Below are positions 34,388-52,260 of a DNA stretch of 64,000 bases, piece by piece. Made by a program: the position numbers and the translations under genes. The notes beneath the pieces are model-generated. The model searched no databases, had not been told where the DNA came from, and saw only the letters and a program-made list of their open reading frames with translations. Source of the stretch: the human T2T-CHM13v2.0 reference genome, Homo sapiens; the NCBI RefSeq assembly GCF_009914755.1, contig NC_060934.1; one strand, 5' to 3'. How positions within the stretch are numbered: the first letter of the stretch is position 1; each line of letters starts with the position of its first letter.

Positions 34388-34979
34388 GTGAGTACCCACC
34401 TGGCCTTGGTGCATTGGAAGGACGCACCCAAGTGACAGGGACGAGAAAGAAGCAGGCCCAGTCTGAGTCAGGGACCCGTTTCCCTCCAGAGAAGGGCGAG
34501 CTAGTGTTGCTGTCTTCCCATGACGAGGGGGGTGCCTCGGGCCTCCTGTTTTCATAGGTACTGACAGATTTTTCCAGATCCTCCTCACAGGAGCCTCAGT
34601 CTCTTTCCAACACTGGTCCCATAGACTGTCTTCCCCTGCATCCTTCTGTCTGCCTGGGCCAATTTATACGTTGATACTTCCACGTGGGCCCCAAGTGATA
34701 GCGTCGAGCATTTCTATAGCGCTTTTCTTTTCCTGTTGACTGCACTATTTCAAATCCCTGTGAAGTAGGTGAGGATCTTGAGCCGAGGGCTTTGCTCCTC
34801 AGTCGGAGACGGAGAGGCTACTGCACTGCACTGACTTGCCCAGGGACACACAGCGAGTTAGTGATGCAGTCAGGCCTGGAACCCGGGTCTCCCCACTTTA
34901 AGACCATCTGCTCTTGCGCGGCTGCTTAGGAACGTGCAGCACCTGCCACCATCTGTTAGTGGAGCTTGTGTCACCTTAA

Positions 34980-35231
<252 letters not shown>

Positions 35232-35234
35232 TAA

Positions 35235-35556
<322 letters not shown>

Positions 35557-35906
35557 TCTTCTGCTGTTTCTTCCCTGTGTGGAATATCTTTGAGCAAGGA
35601 TGGCTTTATTGCTTAAGGGAAAGGGGAGCAGAGTCCTGGTTCTTCCTCAGGGGCTCTTTATTCTGTTCTACTTTCAAGCCCGTACAATGGGATTTTCTAG
35701 TCCCAGCTCTGCCACGTGTAATGTCAGGCAAGCCGTGCAGCCCTCTTCTGGGCTCTGTCCCTTCATGTGTTAGATCCAGACGGTGGGTGGAGCCACTCTG
35801 TCCTCTGGGATGTGATTCCGAGAGGCGTTAACTCTCCTGCAACTAATTTTCGACTTTTCCCCTCGTCTTTTTCTTTTTTCTGTTCCCGACAGTTGTCTGT
35901 TCCTGA

Positions 35907-36221
<315 letters not shown>

Positions 36222-36576
36222 TAGTGAGTGGTGACTGGAATGCTTCCTTTGCACGGCCTTGTTGTTTGTTGGATGGTGTGGCCTCCTGGTAGGGCACTTC
36301 TGGAAAAACTAAACCACAAAACACCTCCTAGTCCTAAACTTTTGATTCTTATACTGTGGTTTTTTAAAAAACAAAACTTCCTCAAGGTGCACCCCTCTGG
36401 GGGCTGCGTGTGGGATGATGATGTTTGTGGCGGCCCTGTGAGCCCTGCACTGCCCTCAGCTCCAGGTTCTTCGCCATCAGACTTTGAGTCTCCAGCCTCA
36501 TGAAAGCTTTAAAATATAGTTTACTTGCTTACCATGGCATTTTTTTCCTTTCATTAATTCCTCTTCATTTTATTAA

Positions 36577-37104
<528 letters not shown>

Positions 37105-37734
37105 TTGTCTGCTTTGAAATAAATTTGTACTCAAGGCTACTTTGTAATAAATTTGTACTTTTAGCATCAGTGCTATTGCTTTGGTTTTAAATCTTAGAAT
37201 AAAACCGTTTGAAATTTCTGTACAAACAAACAAAGCTGTCTGTTAACTGTGGACTGGAAATTTGGGGCCTAGCACACATCGGCATGCTGAAAATGGAAAC
37301 CACAGTATTTGTGACCATTGGCAAACATAGACCATGGTTTGGAGTGGAGAGAGGAAGGGAGGCAGCCATGGAGAAGTTTACTATAGTACCACCTTTTCCC
37401 TGCTTCTGGTTTACATGTTTACAAATGTAATTTTTTTGGGGGACATGTAATTTACATGCCACACAACCCACCCATCCAAAGTGTACAATTCAGCAGCTTT
37501 TTGCACGGCCTCGGGTCTGCTGTTCTTTGTTGAGTTCCTGCCATTGTGTAGTGAATCGAGATGGGAGATGAGAGGTGCGGTTGAACAGCACAGACACACA
37601 GCACATAGCACACCTGTGTGTTTTCCTTGTTGTCCTGTGACAGTGTCAGGCTTTTCCAGATGGGACTCTGGCAGTCCAGAGACAGTGTAAGGAAATGGAA
37701 AGAGACGAGCAGACTCGGTCCTGCTCCCAGGCCC

Positions 37735-37880
37735 TTGATTAGCCATGGGCTTGTTTGTGGGAGTGACTTAACCTGTCTAAGCCTCGGTTTCCCCGTCTGT
37801 CTCACGGGCTTGTTGTGGGAACTGGCATAATGACTGTAAACAGCCATCTGTCACATCGCGGGTGTCAAATAACCAATTAA
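37735..37880 (+). mobile_element. MIR SINE
   Basis: GTGACTTAACCTGTCTAAGCCTCGGTTTCCCCGTCTGT. Confidence 0.65.
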
Positions 37881-38100
37881 CACATTCCCAGGATTTACGT
37901 AGCAGGACTAAATAAAACCCGGTATTTTGTGCCACTAGTCTGGTAGGATTTGGTTTGTTTTTGGAATTGGCATTTGTAGGAAAATTTTGTATTTACAGCC
38001 AACAAATGTTGAGTGGTTTTCTGCGGGGAATGGGTGGGGGCTAGTAAACATTTAGATGAGACATAAGGTTTTGTAAGCTTTTCTAAGGCTTTTTAGTTGA

Positions 38101-38256
<156 letters not shown>

Positions 38257-38480
38257 TAACTTGATGCCATTGAATGTTATTTAGTCTGCTTGAGGGGCTG
38301 ACCTGGAGCCTTCAGAGGCCTTCGGATCAAGATCCTGGGTTGGAAGAGAAACGCTGCTTGAACGTGCAAAGGCCGATGACCAGTATAAGAAGTGTTCTAA
38401 CCAAGGAAACAAAAATGTGGTTCTTTTCTAAGTCATTTCCTAATTCAGTTTAAAAAGCTCTGTTTAAGATACCAGCAGTG

Positions 38481-38787
38481 GGCCAGGCACAGTGGCTCAT
38501 GCCTGTAATCCCAGCACTTTGGGAGGCTGAGGTGGGAGGATCACTTGAGGCCAGGGGTTTGAGACCAGCCTGGCCAACATGGTGAAAACCCATCTCTACT
38601 AAAAATACATAAATTAGCCAGGTGTGGTGGCATGCATCTGTAATTCCAGCTACTCGGGAGGCTGAGGCAGGAGAAATCACTTGAACCTGGGAGGCGGAGG
38701 TTGCAGTGAGCCAAGATGGCACCACTGCCTTCTAACCTGGGTGACAGAGCGAGACTCCATCTCAAAAAAAAAAAAAAAAAAAAAAAA
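38481..38787 (+). mobile_element. Alu
   Basis: TSD AAGATACCAGCAGTG. Confidence 0.95.
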
Positions 38788-38839
38788 GATACCAGCAGTG
38801 GTCATGTATTTCTTAATTTCTCCTTTACTCAATTAGTTC

Positions 38840-39135
38840 TTTTTTTTTTTTTTTGGTTTGAGACAGGATCTCACTGTGTCACCCAGGCTGGAGTGCAGTG
38901 GCACAGTCATCACTCACTGTAACCTGGAACTCCTAGGCTCAAGCGATTATCTTACCTCAGCCTCCTGAGTAACTGGGACTACAGGTGCATGCCACCACAC
39001 CTGACTAGTTTTTAATTTTTTTCTAGAGACGGTGTCTTGCTATATTGCCCAGGCTGGTCTCGAACTCCTGGCTAAAGTGATCCTCCTGCCTCAGCCTCCC
39101 AAAGTGCTGGAGTTACAGGTGTGAGCCACCTTGCT
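38840..39135 (-). mobile_element. Alu (AluJ-like)
   Basis: Alu consensus. Confidence 0.93.
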
Positions 39136-40235
39136 TTGCCCCTATTCTCAGTGTTCACAGGGAAAAATGCCAGGAAGGTTTTGTGCACCCAGCCTTCCTC
39201 CCTCTCACTCTTTAGTCCCTTTTGAAATGGCATTTGAAAAGTAGACTTTCCAGAAGAACACATCCTTGCCGGGGAGAGTAAGTGTTCAGGCACCTGGCCT
39301 TTGTCACAGACATGTGGAAAAGTGAGCTGGTCAGCACTCACTCTTTACCCTTCCCACAAACCATCTTCTCACACTCTACTTATTTTATCTCTTTTTCTGC
39401 CTAAACAGCTGGAGTATAAACCATTTAGTCTTTTCAACCCTGTCAGAAACTAGAACAGAAATTTGAGCTAATAGTTACTACTTAGTCCATCTTTCCCTGA
39501 ACCCAAGATATTTAAGCCTGAAACCTAAAACTTAAGTGTAAAAGTTAATATAAATACTCTTTCTTGCTTAGCTGTCTCCAGAACAAAGATTGTGTGTAGC
39601 AGGATGGTTTATTCTCAGTGCCATATTGCCTACTCTCGTGGGGTGAGCCGCGCCGTACTGCCCTATGTGCTCTGGGGTTGAACCACAGGGTGCAGGCAGG
39701 GTGGGCGGTCACCACTTTTGAGTAAATGATATTCAACTCTCAGAGGTGTTAAGTGCAGTAGAACCCTGATGCTCATAATGGAATATTTATTGAGGGCCTA
39801 ACACTTGCCAAGCACCTTTCTGGGTACTGGGGCATAACAGTGGGCAGGGAAATTCCTGCCCTCATAGAGCCCATCCAGGCGAGGAGATGGACAAGAAAGT
39901 GAACGAATAGGATTTTGAGGAAGATAATATCAAAACTTAAAAGAGAGAAGCTTTGCAAATAAATACTCTACATGACACATCACAGGGCAAAGGTTTCCTG
40001 CATAAAACTGATTAGCTTGCATGTGTATCCCATTTTTCATGCCTCCTTTGTCATTTTTCCTCCAGGCCTCTCTTAGGTAGGCTGACTTGGCCATAGGAAT
40101 GTTTCCAGAATTTGAAATCTGATGCATTTTTCCCAGAACAGCTTTTCACCTGGGCTTCACCGAGTGCAACAGCTTAAGCATCAGAGCTTAGAACTGAAGC
40201 CCTTTTTCTTTCGTTGCATCTTTAGCCACTAAAGC

Positions 40236-40458
40236 ACATGGATCGTCTGTAGACTTTTTCTGTAAAGGGCCAGGCAGTAAAGATTTCGGACTCTGCAAGT
40301 CACATGATCTCTGTTGCAGCTACCCAGCCCCACTGCTGTAGTGCGAGAGCCCCTGTTGACAGTACATTAGTGAACAAGTATGGCTGTGTTCCAGTAAAAT
40401 TAATTCACAAAAACGGCCATTGTCTGGATGTGGCCCACGTGTAGTTTGCTGACCTCTG
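40236..40458. mobile_element. MER58-like hAT element
   Basis: ACTTTTTCTGTAAAGGGCCAG...GGCTGTGTTCCAGTAAAA...TAGTTTGCTGACCTCTG. Confidence 0.8.
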
Positions 40459-41444
40459 GTTTAAAGAAAAGTGTGACTTTAAAAAATCTCTAAACCAGTA
40501 CCCCCAGGAGTTAAGCAGAATAAATCATTATGTACAAATAGTCTCTACCTATACAAACATTTTTGTATAAACTTTGGTTTATAAGTACTTTTTTAGACCC
40601 TCCAGTATGGTTTTCTCATGGAAGTCGTGTTACAGAAGTGGTTAGGCCTGTCACAAAACCACATTGTCAATTGGTAGAACTGTGCAGGGTATTACAGAGC
40701 AGTGATATCATCTCACAACATGGGCTACACAGGACTTTTTGTTTTTGCTTATGAAAATTTTGAGACATTAAAAAGTAAAGAAAGCAATACACTGAACATT
40801 CATATACAAATCATACCTATATGTACACATCTCCAAAAAATATGTACTTTTTTCCCCATAACTACCATGCCATTTTCGTATTTTATAAATGTTATAATAT
40901 GTGGCCTCTACTACCCGATCCATAATTATACTTTTATGATTGTCTCAGAAATGCCTTTTTACAGTTGATTTGTTCAAGTCAGAGTCCAAACCAACATTTG
41001 GTTGCTTGTCTCTTAAGTTAAATAGAGAGCTGTACGGGACTCCCTCCCTGCTTTTCCCATGCTCTTGTCTCATTGCATAAACTGGGTCATTCGTCCTACA
41101 GAGCGTCCCCATTCTTGGTTTGCTTCCCGGTGTGGTTGTGTAACTTGTTCTGCCATCATTACCTGTCCTGGCTTTCCAGTAACTGGAAGTTAGCCGTAGA
41201 GGCTTGATTCGATTCAAGCCTGAGTCTTGGCAGGCGTGCCCCATGGGAGGCCGGAGAGGGCTTCGTGCTTTGCCTCGTCACATGAGGAGGCTCACAGCCT
41301 CCTTAGGAGTAGGTTAGTTTTTCCCCGTTAGTGATGCTGATTGCTCATCTTTTGAAGAGGCACAGCTAGGAAATGTGTATTTTTGAAAAGAAAGAAAAAA
41401 AACCAGTGGTTCATACTGATAATCCCAATCCCAGTTTTTAAACT

Positions 41445-41784
<340 letters not shown>

Positions 41785-42551
41785 TAAAACAGCATATAGC
41801 AGTTTAAAATGATGATGTTGTGAGCATCCACCAGATTAGAAGATGGGATCTGCCAGCCATCACGGAGCTGTCCTGGTGGCCCCTGGCCATCCTAGCACCC
41901 TCCCTCCTTTCTGAGGGTAACTGCCATCTCAGCAGATACGCATTACCTTGCTTTGTTGCACAACGGCACCTTTTTCTTTTTTCTTTTTAACCAGGTATGC
42001 AGCACCATCAGTAAGTGCTGAAAAATGATACTGTTTACACATGTTCTCTTCATTCTCCTGGGTTTCAAAAGCTGCACCGTATCTGCATTGTCAGAGGCTT
42101 TGGCCCTTCACACGTTCAGCCATCATAAATTGTGTTCCATAATCTAATTCACATTTAACACGAAAGGAATTTTACTTCTTTTCTCACACTTGAATCTTTT
42201 CTCATACACTGAAATCTTGGTTCCTAATAGTATTTATTACTTATTGATACTATTCTATGTATTTAAAAATAATATTCAAAATAATGCCAGTATTAATGGA
42301 ATACTGACTGGACTTGAAGATTTCCTAACAGCTCCATTTCTCCATGAATGATGTATTTATTAGTCAAAATATCATGTTCTGAAGTCACTTAAAGTAAGTC
42401 CTTTTTGCTTTTGTGGTTTTATTACCAACTTAATTTGCAGTTAGACATGTAGTTTATTCATAATACCTACAGGGGTTGCTTTGCTTCTTTTTGATTTAAT
42501 GATCTTTCTTGATGTGTAAGGCCTGTTAATGTTTTCAAAGTCAAAACCTTG

Positions 42552-42873
<322 letters not shown>

Positions 42874-43219
42874 TCATTACCTCCCTGTTCACTTCAGACT
42901 GTTCTCTGCCTCCACCATTGGTAGTTATTTTAAACAATTAGCGATTAATCCTTCAGTATTTCTTTATGCAAGTATTAGCAAATTCGTAGGTATTTTCATA
43001 TTCTCCTTTTCCACAGAAGGTAGCATTTCAGATACACTGTTGTGTACTTTGCTTTGTCACTTAGAAGCCATGGGAATCACTCTTTTATTTATTTTTTACT
43101 CTTTTATTTTTTGCCCTTTTATTCTTTTATTTGTTGTCCTACCCAAATTAGGAAATCCCTCTTTATCAGCTCACAGAGCTCTCTCGCCTCTTGGTCAGCT
43201 GCATAGTGTTCTGTGTTGA

Positions 43220-43708
<489 letters not shown>

Positions 43709-43796
43709 AGTGTGACTTTTCTAGATGTTGCCAATTTTTTCATGGAGATTGTTATCACTTTAGAGTCCCACCAGTTGTATGCATAAGAGTGAAATA

Positions 43797-44097
<301 letters not shown>

Positions 44098-44333
44098 GTG
44101 AAGTAGACTTTTTAAAGCTGATTGGAAGGTTGTCAGTTGGTTGCTGCATGCATTTTGTTTTCCCCATAGAAGAAAAGAATACAGAATCTAGAGAAATACT
44201 TCCCCATTACTGAGACTGGGCTGGGCTGTCTGCCCTCAGGGGTCCTGCGAGGAAGTCCCAGAAAAACTGCCTATTTGTGGGAACAGATTTTTTAAGGCTG
44301 TAAGACCTTGTTAGAAGTGGAGGCACTCTGCTG

Positions 44334-44642
44334 TTTTTTTTTTTTTTTTAAAAAACAGAGTCTCACTCTGTCGCCCAGGCTGGAGGGCAGTGGTGTGATC
44401 TTGGCTCACCGCAACCTCGGCCTCCTGGGTTCAAGCTGTTCTCCTGTGTCAGCCTCTCAAGTAGCTGGTAGTACAGGTGTACACCACCATACCTGGCTAA
44501 TTTTTTTTGGTATTTTTTTTTTGTTGAAGACGAGGTTTCACCATGTTGGCCAGGCTGGTCTCAAACTCCTGACTTGAAGTGATCCACTCGCCTCGGCCTC
44601 CCAAAGTGTTGGGATTATAGGCGTGAGCCACCATGTCCAGCC
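44334..44642 (-). mobile_element. Alu
   Basis: Full dimer. Confidence 0.95.
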
Positions 44643-45055
44643 TTTTTTGTTGTTGTTGATCACAGCCTGTGAATAAATTTGGGGATATCCTGTTTCAGAA
44701 GTGTCGAGTCCAGTCTCTGCCCAGGAGGGAAGGCCATGGGGATAATGAAGATCCCGAGTTGGGCAGTAATTCAGAGGCTAGGAAAGCGTGTTAAAAATAG
44801 TGGAGCCACGGACGGGGGTGTTTTGGAGATAAAAAGCGAGCCATTGCTTCCTGCGCTGCCTAGAACGATAAGCCCCTTTATCTCCCAAGAGTAGGGCAAC
44901 CTTCTTTTTCTTTGACCCCTCCCCCTTAGAAAATATAGCTAATAGAATCACCAGAAGCCATTTTGTTCATTTGTTTCTTTAAGTTTTGGGAAAGTGAAGG
45001 AAATTATTACATTGTTGAGGTGTTAAGTGACATGAAGTTATGTTTCAAAGACAGG

Positions 45056-45660
45056 TTTTTTTTTTGTTTTTTTTTTTTTGAGATGGAGTCTCTCTCTGTA
45101 GCCCAGGCTGGAGTGCAGTGGTGCCATCTTGCTCGGCTCACCGCAACCTCCACCTCCCGGGCTCAAGCGATTCTCAGGCCTCAGCCTCAGAGTAGCTGGG
45201 ATTACAGGCGTGTGCTACCATGCCTGGCTAATTTTTGTATTTTTAGTAGAGATGGGGTTTCACCCATATTGACTGGGCTGGTCTCAAACTCCTGACCTCA
45301 AGTGATCCGTTTGCCTTGGCCTCCCAAATTGCTGAGATTACAGGCTTGAGCCACTATGTCTGGCCAAAGACAGCTTCTTGGTCTCACAGAATCTTAGATT
45401 CTTTTTGTTTATTTGTTTAGATACAGGGTCTTGCTTTGTTGCTCAGGCTGGAGTGCAGTGGCACGATCTCAACTCACTGCAACCTCAGCCTCCCGAGTAG
45501 CTGAGACTACAGGTGTGCACCACTATGCCTAGCTAATTTTTGTATTTTTGGTAGAGACAGGGTTTCGCCATGTTGCCCAGGCTGGTCTCGAACTCCTGGG
45601 CTCAAGTGATCCTCCCACTTCAGTCTCCCAAAGTGCTGGGACTACAGGTGTGACCCCCAC
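45056..45660 (-). mobile_element. Two tandem Alus (45056-45365; 45401-45660)
   Basis: Alu consensus. Confidence 0.93.
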
Positions 45661-47116
45661 CCCTTAAATTTATATAAATAAAAACAGTTAATCTGGTGGG
45701 TTATGAGAGGCTTAAAAAGAGTTAAATGGCATAAAATCTAAAGAAATCAGAGAACACTGCATGTTAGGTTAAGTCATGTTTTGTGAAACTTTTCTTCCAT
45801 GTGTGTTTCTTACATATGTGCGTATGTATAGCATTATAATGGTAACTGCGTCAAAAACGGCTTGAGAGCCTAGCCCTGGAGAAACTTCTGGAGTGGACAG
45901 GGAGTCAGGTACAGGATGTTCATTGCTGCATTGTTGGAAATAGTTTGGAAACAACCGAGTAACCACAGCAAGGGAATGGGTAAATGAAATACAAGAGAGT
46001 GCTGTGACTGAGTCCTCTACAGCATTTTAGAAAACCTAGGTGAGGAGGAAGCCAGAAGCGTAACATTCATGTAAATTAGACATCTATAAAAGGAGACCTG
46101 TGTCCTTGGACACGTGTAAACGAGAAGCTATTTCACCGTGGGTTGGAGGGACCTCGCCAGGTTCATGGTCTTGGCTGTCTCTCGGGAAGGAAATTGAGAT
46201 GACAGTCCAAGGGACTTCAGCAAAATCTGTGACTTCAGACAGGATTTCACCTCGTCAGCTGTTAGTACTTGTTGGCCATAACTGGAGTGTTTGCCTGGTG
46301 GTTTTCTGTTCTTTTTCATAGCTGGTAGGCAGGCCGTCTAAGAGAAAAGACCAAATAAATCAAAACGTAGGTTACAGATTGTAGAATAAGTAGATCAATA
46401 GCTGGTCATAATCCAGAAAATACGAAACCGTCCTTTCCTGGGCAGCAGATGTGTGCGGTCCTGCTAGCATATCAGTCTGTGATGTGGAGCCCCACAGGGC
46501 AGCAGCGAAGCTGACAGTGCCCTGTCCTTGTGGTGTTTCCAGCCTGGGAGGTCACTAGTGCTTCCTCTGGGTGCTCCCTGCGTGCCAGGCGTGAGTGCTT
46601 TGCATGCATTGAAGGGTTTCTTCTCCTCAGCAGCCACCTGAAGCAGGCACCGTGCCATCTGCATTTATGGATAAAGACACAGGCTTAGCGAGGCTGTCAT
46701 TTGCTCACTAGCACAGCCAGCAGCACGGGACGGTGGAAATACGCAGGGATGTTTGGGGCAAGTTTTCTTCATGTCCTCTGTGTTGCCTGCCTGGCTTATA
46801 ATGTGAATACACAATAGTTTTCTGAAGATTGAGCTGGGGATACCTTAGCATAAAATAAAATCCAGAAATATTCTGGAAATGTCATTACAGGCAATAGTTT
46901 TGCATGTTTATCTGTTAAATATATATATATTTAAAAAGCAATTGGACTGTCAGTTGGACTGTCGATAGCTTTGGAGGCAGGGAAAAGTTAGAGGAAGTAA
47001 GGGAGAACGGGTTAGGCGGGGTTTTTCTCTCTGGGACTTACAGTGCATCTAAAGGGTTCTCACAGAGCCGCCGCTATCAGTGTTTCCAGTAGACCCTAAC
47101 GGAGGTGTCGCCATGA

Positions 47117-47326
<210 letters not shown>

Positions 47327-47797
47327 TGAGCTCTGTGCTTATCTGGGTTGTAGGTGAGGAGATAAGAGAGAGCTGTGTGATCCTTTATTAGGGGCTTTTC
47401 ATATGAGAGGCACAAGAGGTGTGTGGTCTGTCCCAGGGTCAGAGGTCAGGGCACGTGATGCTGCCTGGCTGTGCTGAAGCCGCAGGTCTGGGAGGCTGGG
47501 TTGTGATACACGCTTAGAGGGAGAGCTGTTCCCTGGGGTCCCAGCGCAGCTTTTCTTGGTTCTTTATCTTGACTGGATAAATGACTGTTTCTGAGCTCAG
47601 GGAATTTGGGGGTGTTGAGGCCACCTAGTTGGTGGTGCTGTGGGAGGTGTTACTCTGAGGATGTGCACCCCTCTGAAAACATCAGAATCCAAATGCGTTG
47701 TCCCTGGGCAGCTGTGATGATAACTCCATGCTTTTTGCTGGAAAATCCATGTTCTTTGGTTGTTCCCCTTAGCTCTCTCTCTTGTCCATCACCACAG

Positions 47798-47968
47798 AGC
47801 AACAGGAAGGAAAACAAGGGGGGCTACCTCTGCCACTCCTGTGCGGAGCAGCGCATCGGGCCCCTGGCGTTCCTGACAGCCTCCCCGGAGCAGGTGCGCG
47901 CCATGGAGCGCACTGTGGAGAACATCGTACTGCCCCGGCATGAGGCCCTGCTCTTCCTCGTCTTCTGA
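47798..47968 (+). CDS. FBH1: FBH1 last coding exon ([15 protein letters not shown]...LLFLVF*)
   Basis: cacag acceptor; TGA ends at 47968. Confidence 0.94.
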   Translation, partial: SNRKENKGGYLCHSCAEQRIGPLAFLTASPEQVRAMERTVENIVLPRHEALLFLVF

Positions 47969-48254
47969 GGACAAGGCGCACGTTCTCCGCAGTGCAGAGC
48001 AGCTTGCCGAGGACCCCGCGTGAAGAAAGCCAGCGAGGGGGGCTTCTGCTCCCTGAGACTCTGGGTTCACCCACAGCACTTTCTGAGGAAGAGGACACCA
48101 GCCCAAGCTGGACCTGCCATTTCTCCACTCCCTACAGACAGCCAGTCTCCACTTGCCTCCCCTCTGGATGTATCTGGTCAGGGAAGTGGGGGATGTTCTT
48201 TTGATAAAAAAAAAAAAAAATTTTATGTATTTAAACTTTTATTACAAGATTTCA

Positions 48255-48260
48255 ATTAAA
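48255..48260 (+). terminator. FBH1: FBH1 poly(A) signal ATTAAA
   Basis: Variant hexamer about 290 nt after the stop, with upstream TGTA/U-rich and downstream GU-rich sequence. Confidence 0.75.
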
Positions 48261-48438
48261 CAGGCACCATAGCACTGGCATACCGCTGTGTGATGTCTGC
48301 GTCAGCACTGTCGTTCTGAACCTTCTCTTTTTCCAGCTTACTCTTTCCTACAGCACTGTCACTGTTCACAAGACACAGGAAGCAGAGTATGAGACGTGAT
48401 GTCTTGGGTGGGAACTGAGGCATCAAAAATGAGACTTT

Positions 48439-48598
48439 GGCCGGGAGCAGTGGCTCACACCTGTAACCCCAGCACTGAATCCAGCCAAGGCAGGAGGACT
48501 GCTGGAGCCCAAGGTTGAGGCTGTGAGCCGTGGTCACCTCACAGCTCACTGTACTCCAGCCTGGGTGACAGCGGGACACTGTCTCAAATAACAATAAT
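48439..48598 (+). mobile_element. Internally deleted Alu / monomer
   Basis: Alu head joined to right-arm end. Confidence 0.8.
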
Positions 48599-48720
48599 GT
48601 TTTAAGGAGGTCAGATAAATTACAAGGCTAACAGGATCATAATCTCAGCAAGAAATGACCCCAGATGGGCTGGACCACAGCGCCTGTGGGGCCTGGTGAG
48701 GAGGGAACGGATGCGAAGAT

Positions 48721-48905
48721 CAGTGGTTCTCAAAGTGTGGTTCCAGCAAGCAGCGGCAACATCACCTGGGAACTTGTTAGAAATAAAAATGTTCAGTCCC
48801 CACACCAGGCCTACAGGATCAGAAACTCCAGGGTTGAGGCCCAGCTGTTCGTACATAACAAGCCTGACAAGTGATGCTCATGCATGCTAAGTTGGGAAAC
48901 TTCTG
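48721..48905. mobile_element. MER5A-like hAT element
   Basis: CAGTGGTTCTCAAAGTGTGG...ATCACCTGGGAACTTGTTAGAAAT...ATCAGAAACTC. Confidence 0.8.
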
Positions 48906-48909
48906 CTCT

Positions 48910-49560
48910 TGATGTTTAGAGAAGGTAGAATCGGTCGGATTTCTGGAGTACTGGGATCATGATAGGGACACTCAGTGGTAGAGGTCATCTTCACTGAGAC
49001 AGGGAAAATGGGAGCTATAGCAGGTTTGTGTAAACGCAGTGATCAGTTTGGTTTTCAGCATGTTGAGTGGAACCGTCTAGGAGGCTGTTGGGTGAACACA
49101 TCTGTCCTGCAGCAAAGGGCCTGGCTGGACCTGGGGACTTTATAGAGTTGTCGGTGTGTAGGTGGTGGTGCAGTTTGAAGGGTTTCGCCGAGTTAATCCA
49201 GGAGAGTTTAGACAATGAGAAGAGCAGAGGGCCGAGAAGCAAAGCCGGCGGACACGAGGCTTGGGGTGAAGAGAGGAAGAGGGTTTAAGAAGAGCGACAG
49301 CTGATCCAGAGGAGCCTCGTGATGGAGCACCACTGAGCTCCGGAGAGGAGGGAGTTCAGGAAAAGGGGATCTTCAGCATCCAGTGCAGTAAATAGACCAA
49401 ATAAACAAGGGTGGGCAGGTGTTTAACCAGCACTATCAAGGTCAGTTGACATTAGCTGATCAGTTTCAGTTAGGTGAGAAGCCGACCACTGTGGCCTAAA
49501 ATGTGAGTGAAAAATTTGAGGGCTAAGAAGTATGTGTTCATTTATGGTTTCTTTCTGAAG
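48910..49560. mobile_element. L2-like fragment
   Basis: Purine-rich pattern GTAGAATCGG.CGGATTT...CATGTTGAGT...GGGCTGGA...TGACATT. Confidence 0.45.
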
Positions 49561-49584
49561 CCATACTGTAAGGGCAGTAAAAGT

Positions 49585-49611
49585 TGTGTGTGTGTGTATG
49601 TGTGTGTGTGT
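49585..49611 (+). repeat. (TG)n microsatellite, one interruption
   Basis: Seen directly. Confidence 0.85.
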
Positions 49612-49861
49612 TTTAACCCTTAAGGGCAAAGACAACAGGAAGGAGGCAGCAGTGATCCTGGAGGCATCAGGATCATCAAACATCTGAAGATGACCCGGCC
49701 CCTAAGATGAAGGCTAGAGGTCAAAACCAAAGAATCAACTTGGAGCAAACTGTCTGTACAGGGAGAAGAAAACATCTAAATATCTTTAACACATTCAGAG
49801 AATGGAGGAGGTAGTGCATTCCATAGAGTAGCAGGATAGATATGTATAAAATAATATTTGG

Positions 49862-51280
<1,419 letters not shown>

Positions 51281-51989
51281 GCCTGGGGGGAAAAAGGCAA
51301 TGATCAGTCCTCTGGAAGGCGACAGGTTGTGTAGGAGAGAACTGTAATTGACCCCCCCCACCACCAGCTCAGTGGAGTGTACCTGCTTTCATGGCCTTCA
51401 TAAGGGTGGGCGTGTTCTGCAGGTAGGAGCTGTGTGCACATGTGGAGTGAACGAGCCGAATCTTAGCCTCTGCGGCAGGAAGTCAGTCACAGTGCCTGAA
51501 ACTCAAACATGGAAGCAGAAGCCCATGTGAGCCCATCATTTAGAGATATCTTGGAGATGCATAACACACACCGAGACACTCAGCAGAAAGATTTCTAAAA
51601 GTTTCCTTTTGGGAGGGGGAACGGGCAGGTGGAGGAGCTTTTTGGTAGGTGTCTTACATAACTGTTGGCTCTAAACTATGTGTCTGTATGATAGAACCAT
51701 AAAATACCAGTGGGAGGTGAAGATACGGACACCACGTAGACTAGTTCTCAGAAAGCAAGGCTGGCAAGAGGCAAGAAGTGGATAGGGGATGACGTGGCCT
51801 TAGGGAGGGGTTTTTGCTTTTAAAACGAGAGAGGTTTGTGCAGGGTTATGTGTTGAGAGGAAGCAAATTCAGAAAGGAGAGATGGAAGCCAGATGAGAGG
51901 GATTGGGACGGGAGAGATGAAGGAGAAAGGGGTACGTTGTAAGTGGTTAGGGAGGAAGTTTAGGTTGCTCTCACCCAATAATTTTCTGG

Positions 51990-52260
51990 TTTTTTTGAGA
52001 CAGGGTCTTACTCTGTCACTCAGGCTGGAGTGCAGTGGTGCAGTGACAGTTCACTGTAGCCTTGACCTCCAGGCCCAGGTGACCCTCCCACCTCAGCCCC
52101 TCAAGTAGCTGGGACTACAGGTGCATGCCACCATGCCCGGCTAATTTTTGCTTATTTTTTGTAGAGATGAGGTGTCGCTCTGTTGCCCAGGCTGGTCTGA
52201 AACTCCTGGGCTCAAGCTGTCCACCTGCCTCAGTCTCCCAAAGTGCTGGGTTTAGCGTTT
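51990..52260 (-). mobile_element. Alu (AluJ-like)
   Basis: Alu consensus. Confidence 0.9.

Noticed and set aside
34081-34557. 158-aa ORF spanning exon 16
   Set aside because: Chance open intronic flanks around a real exon; retention would truncate before helicase motifs V-VI, and there is no supporting signal.
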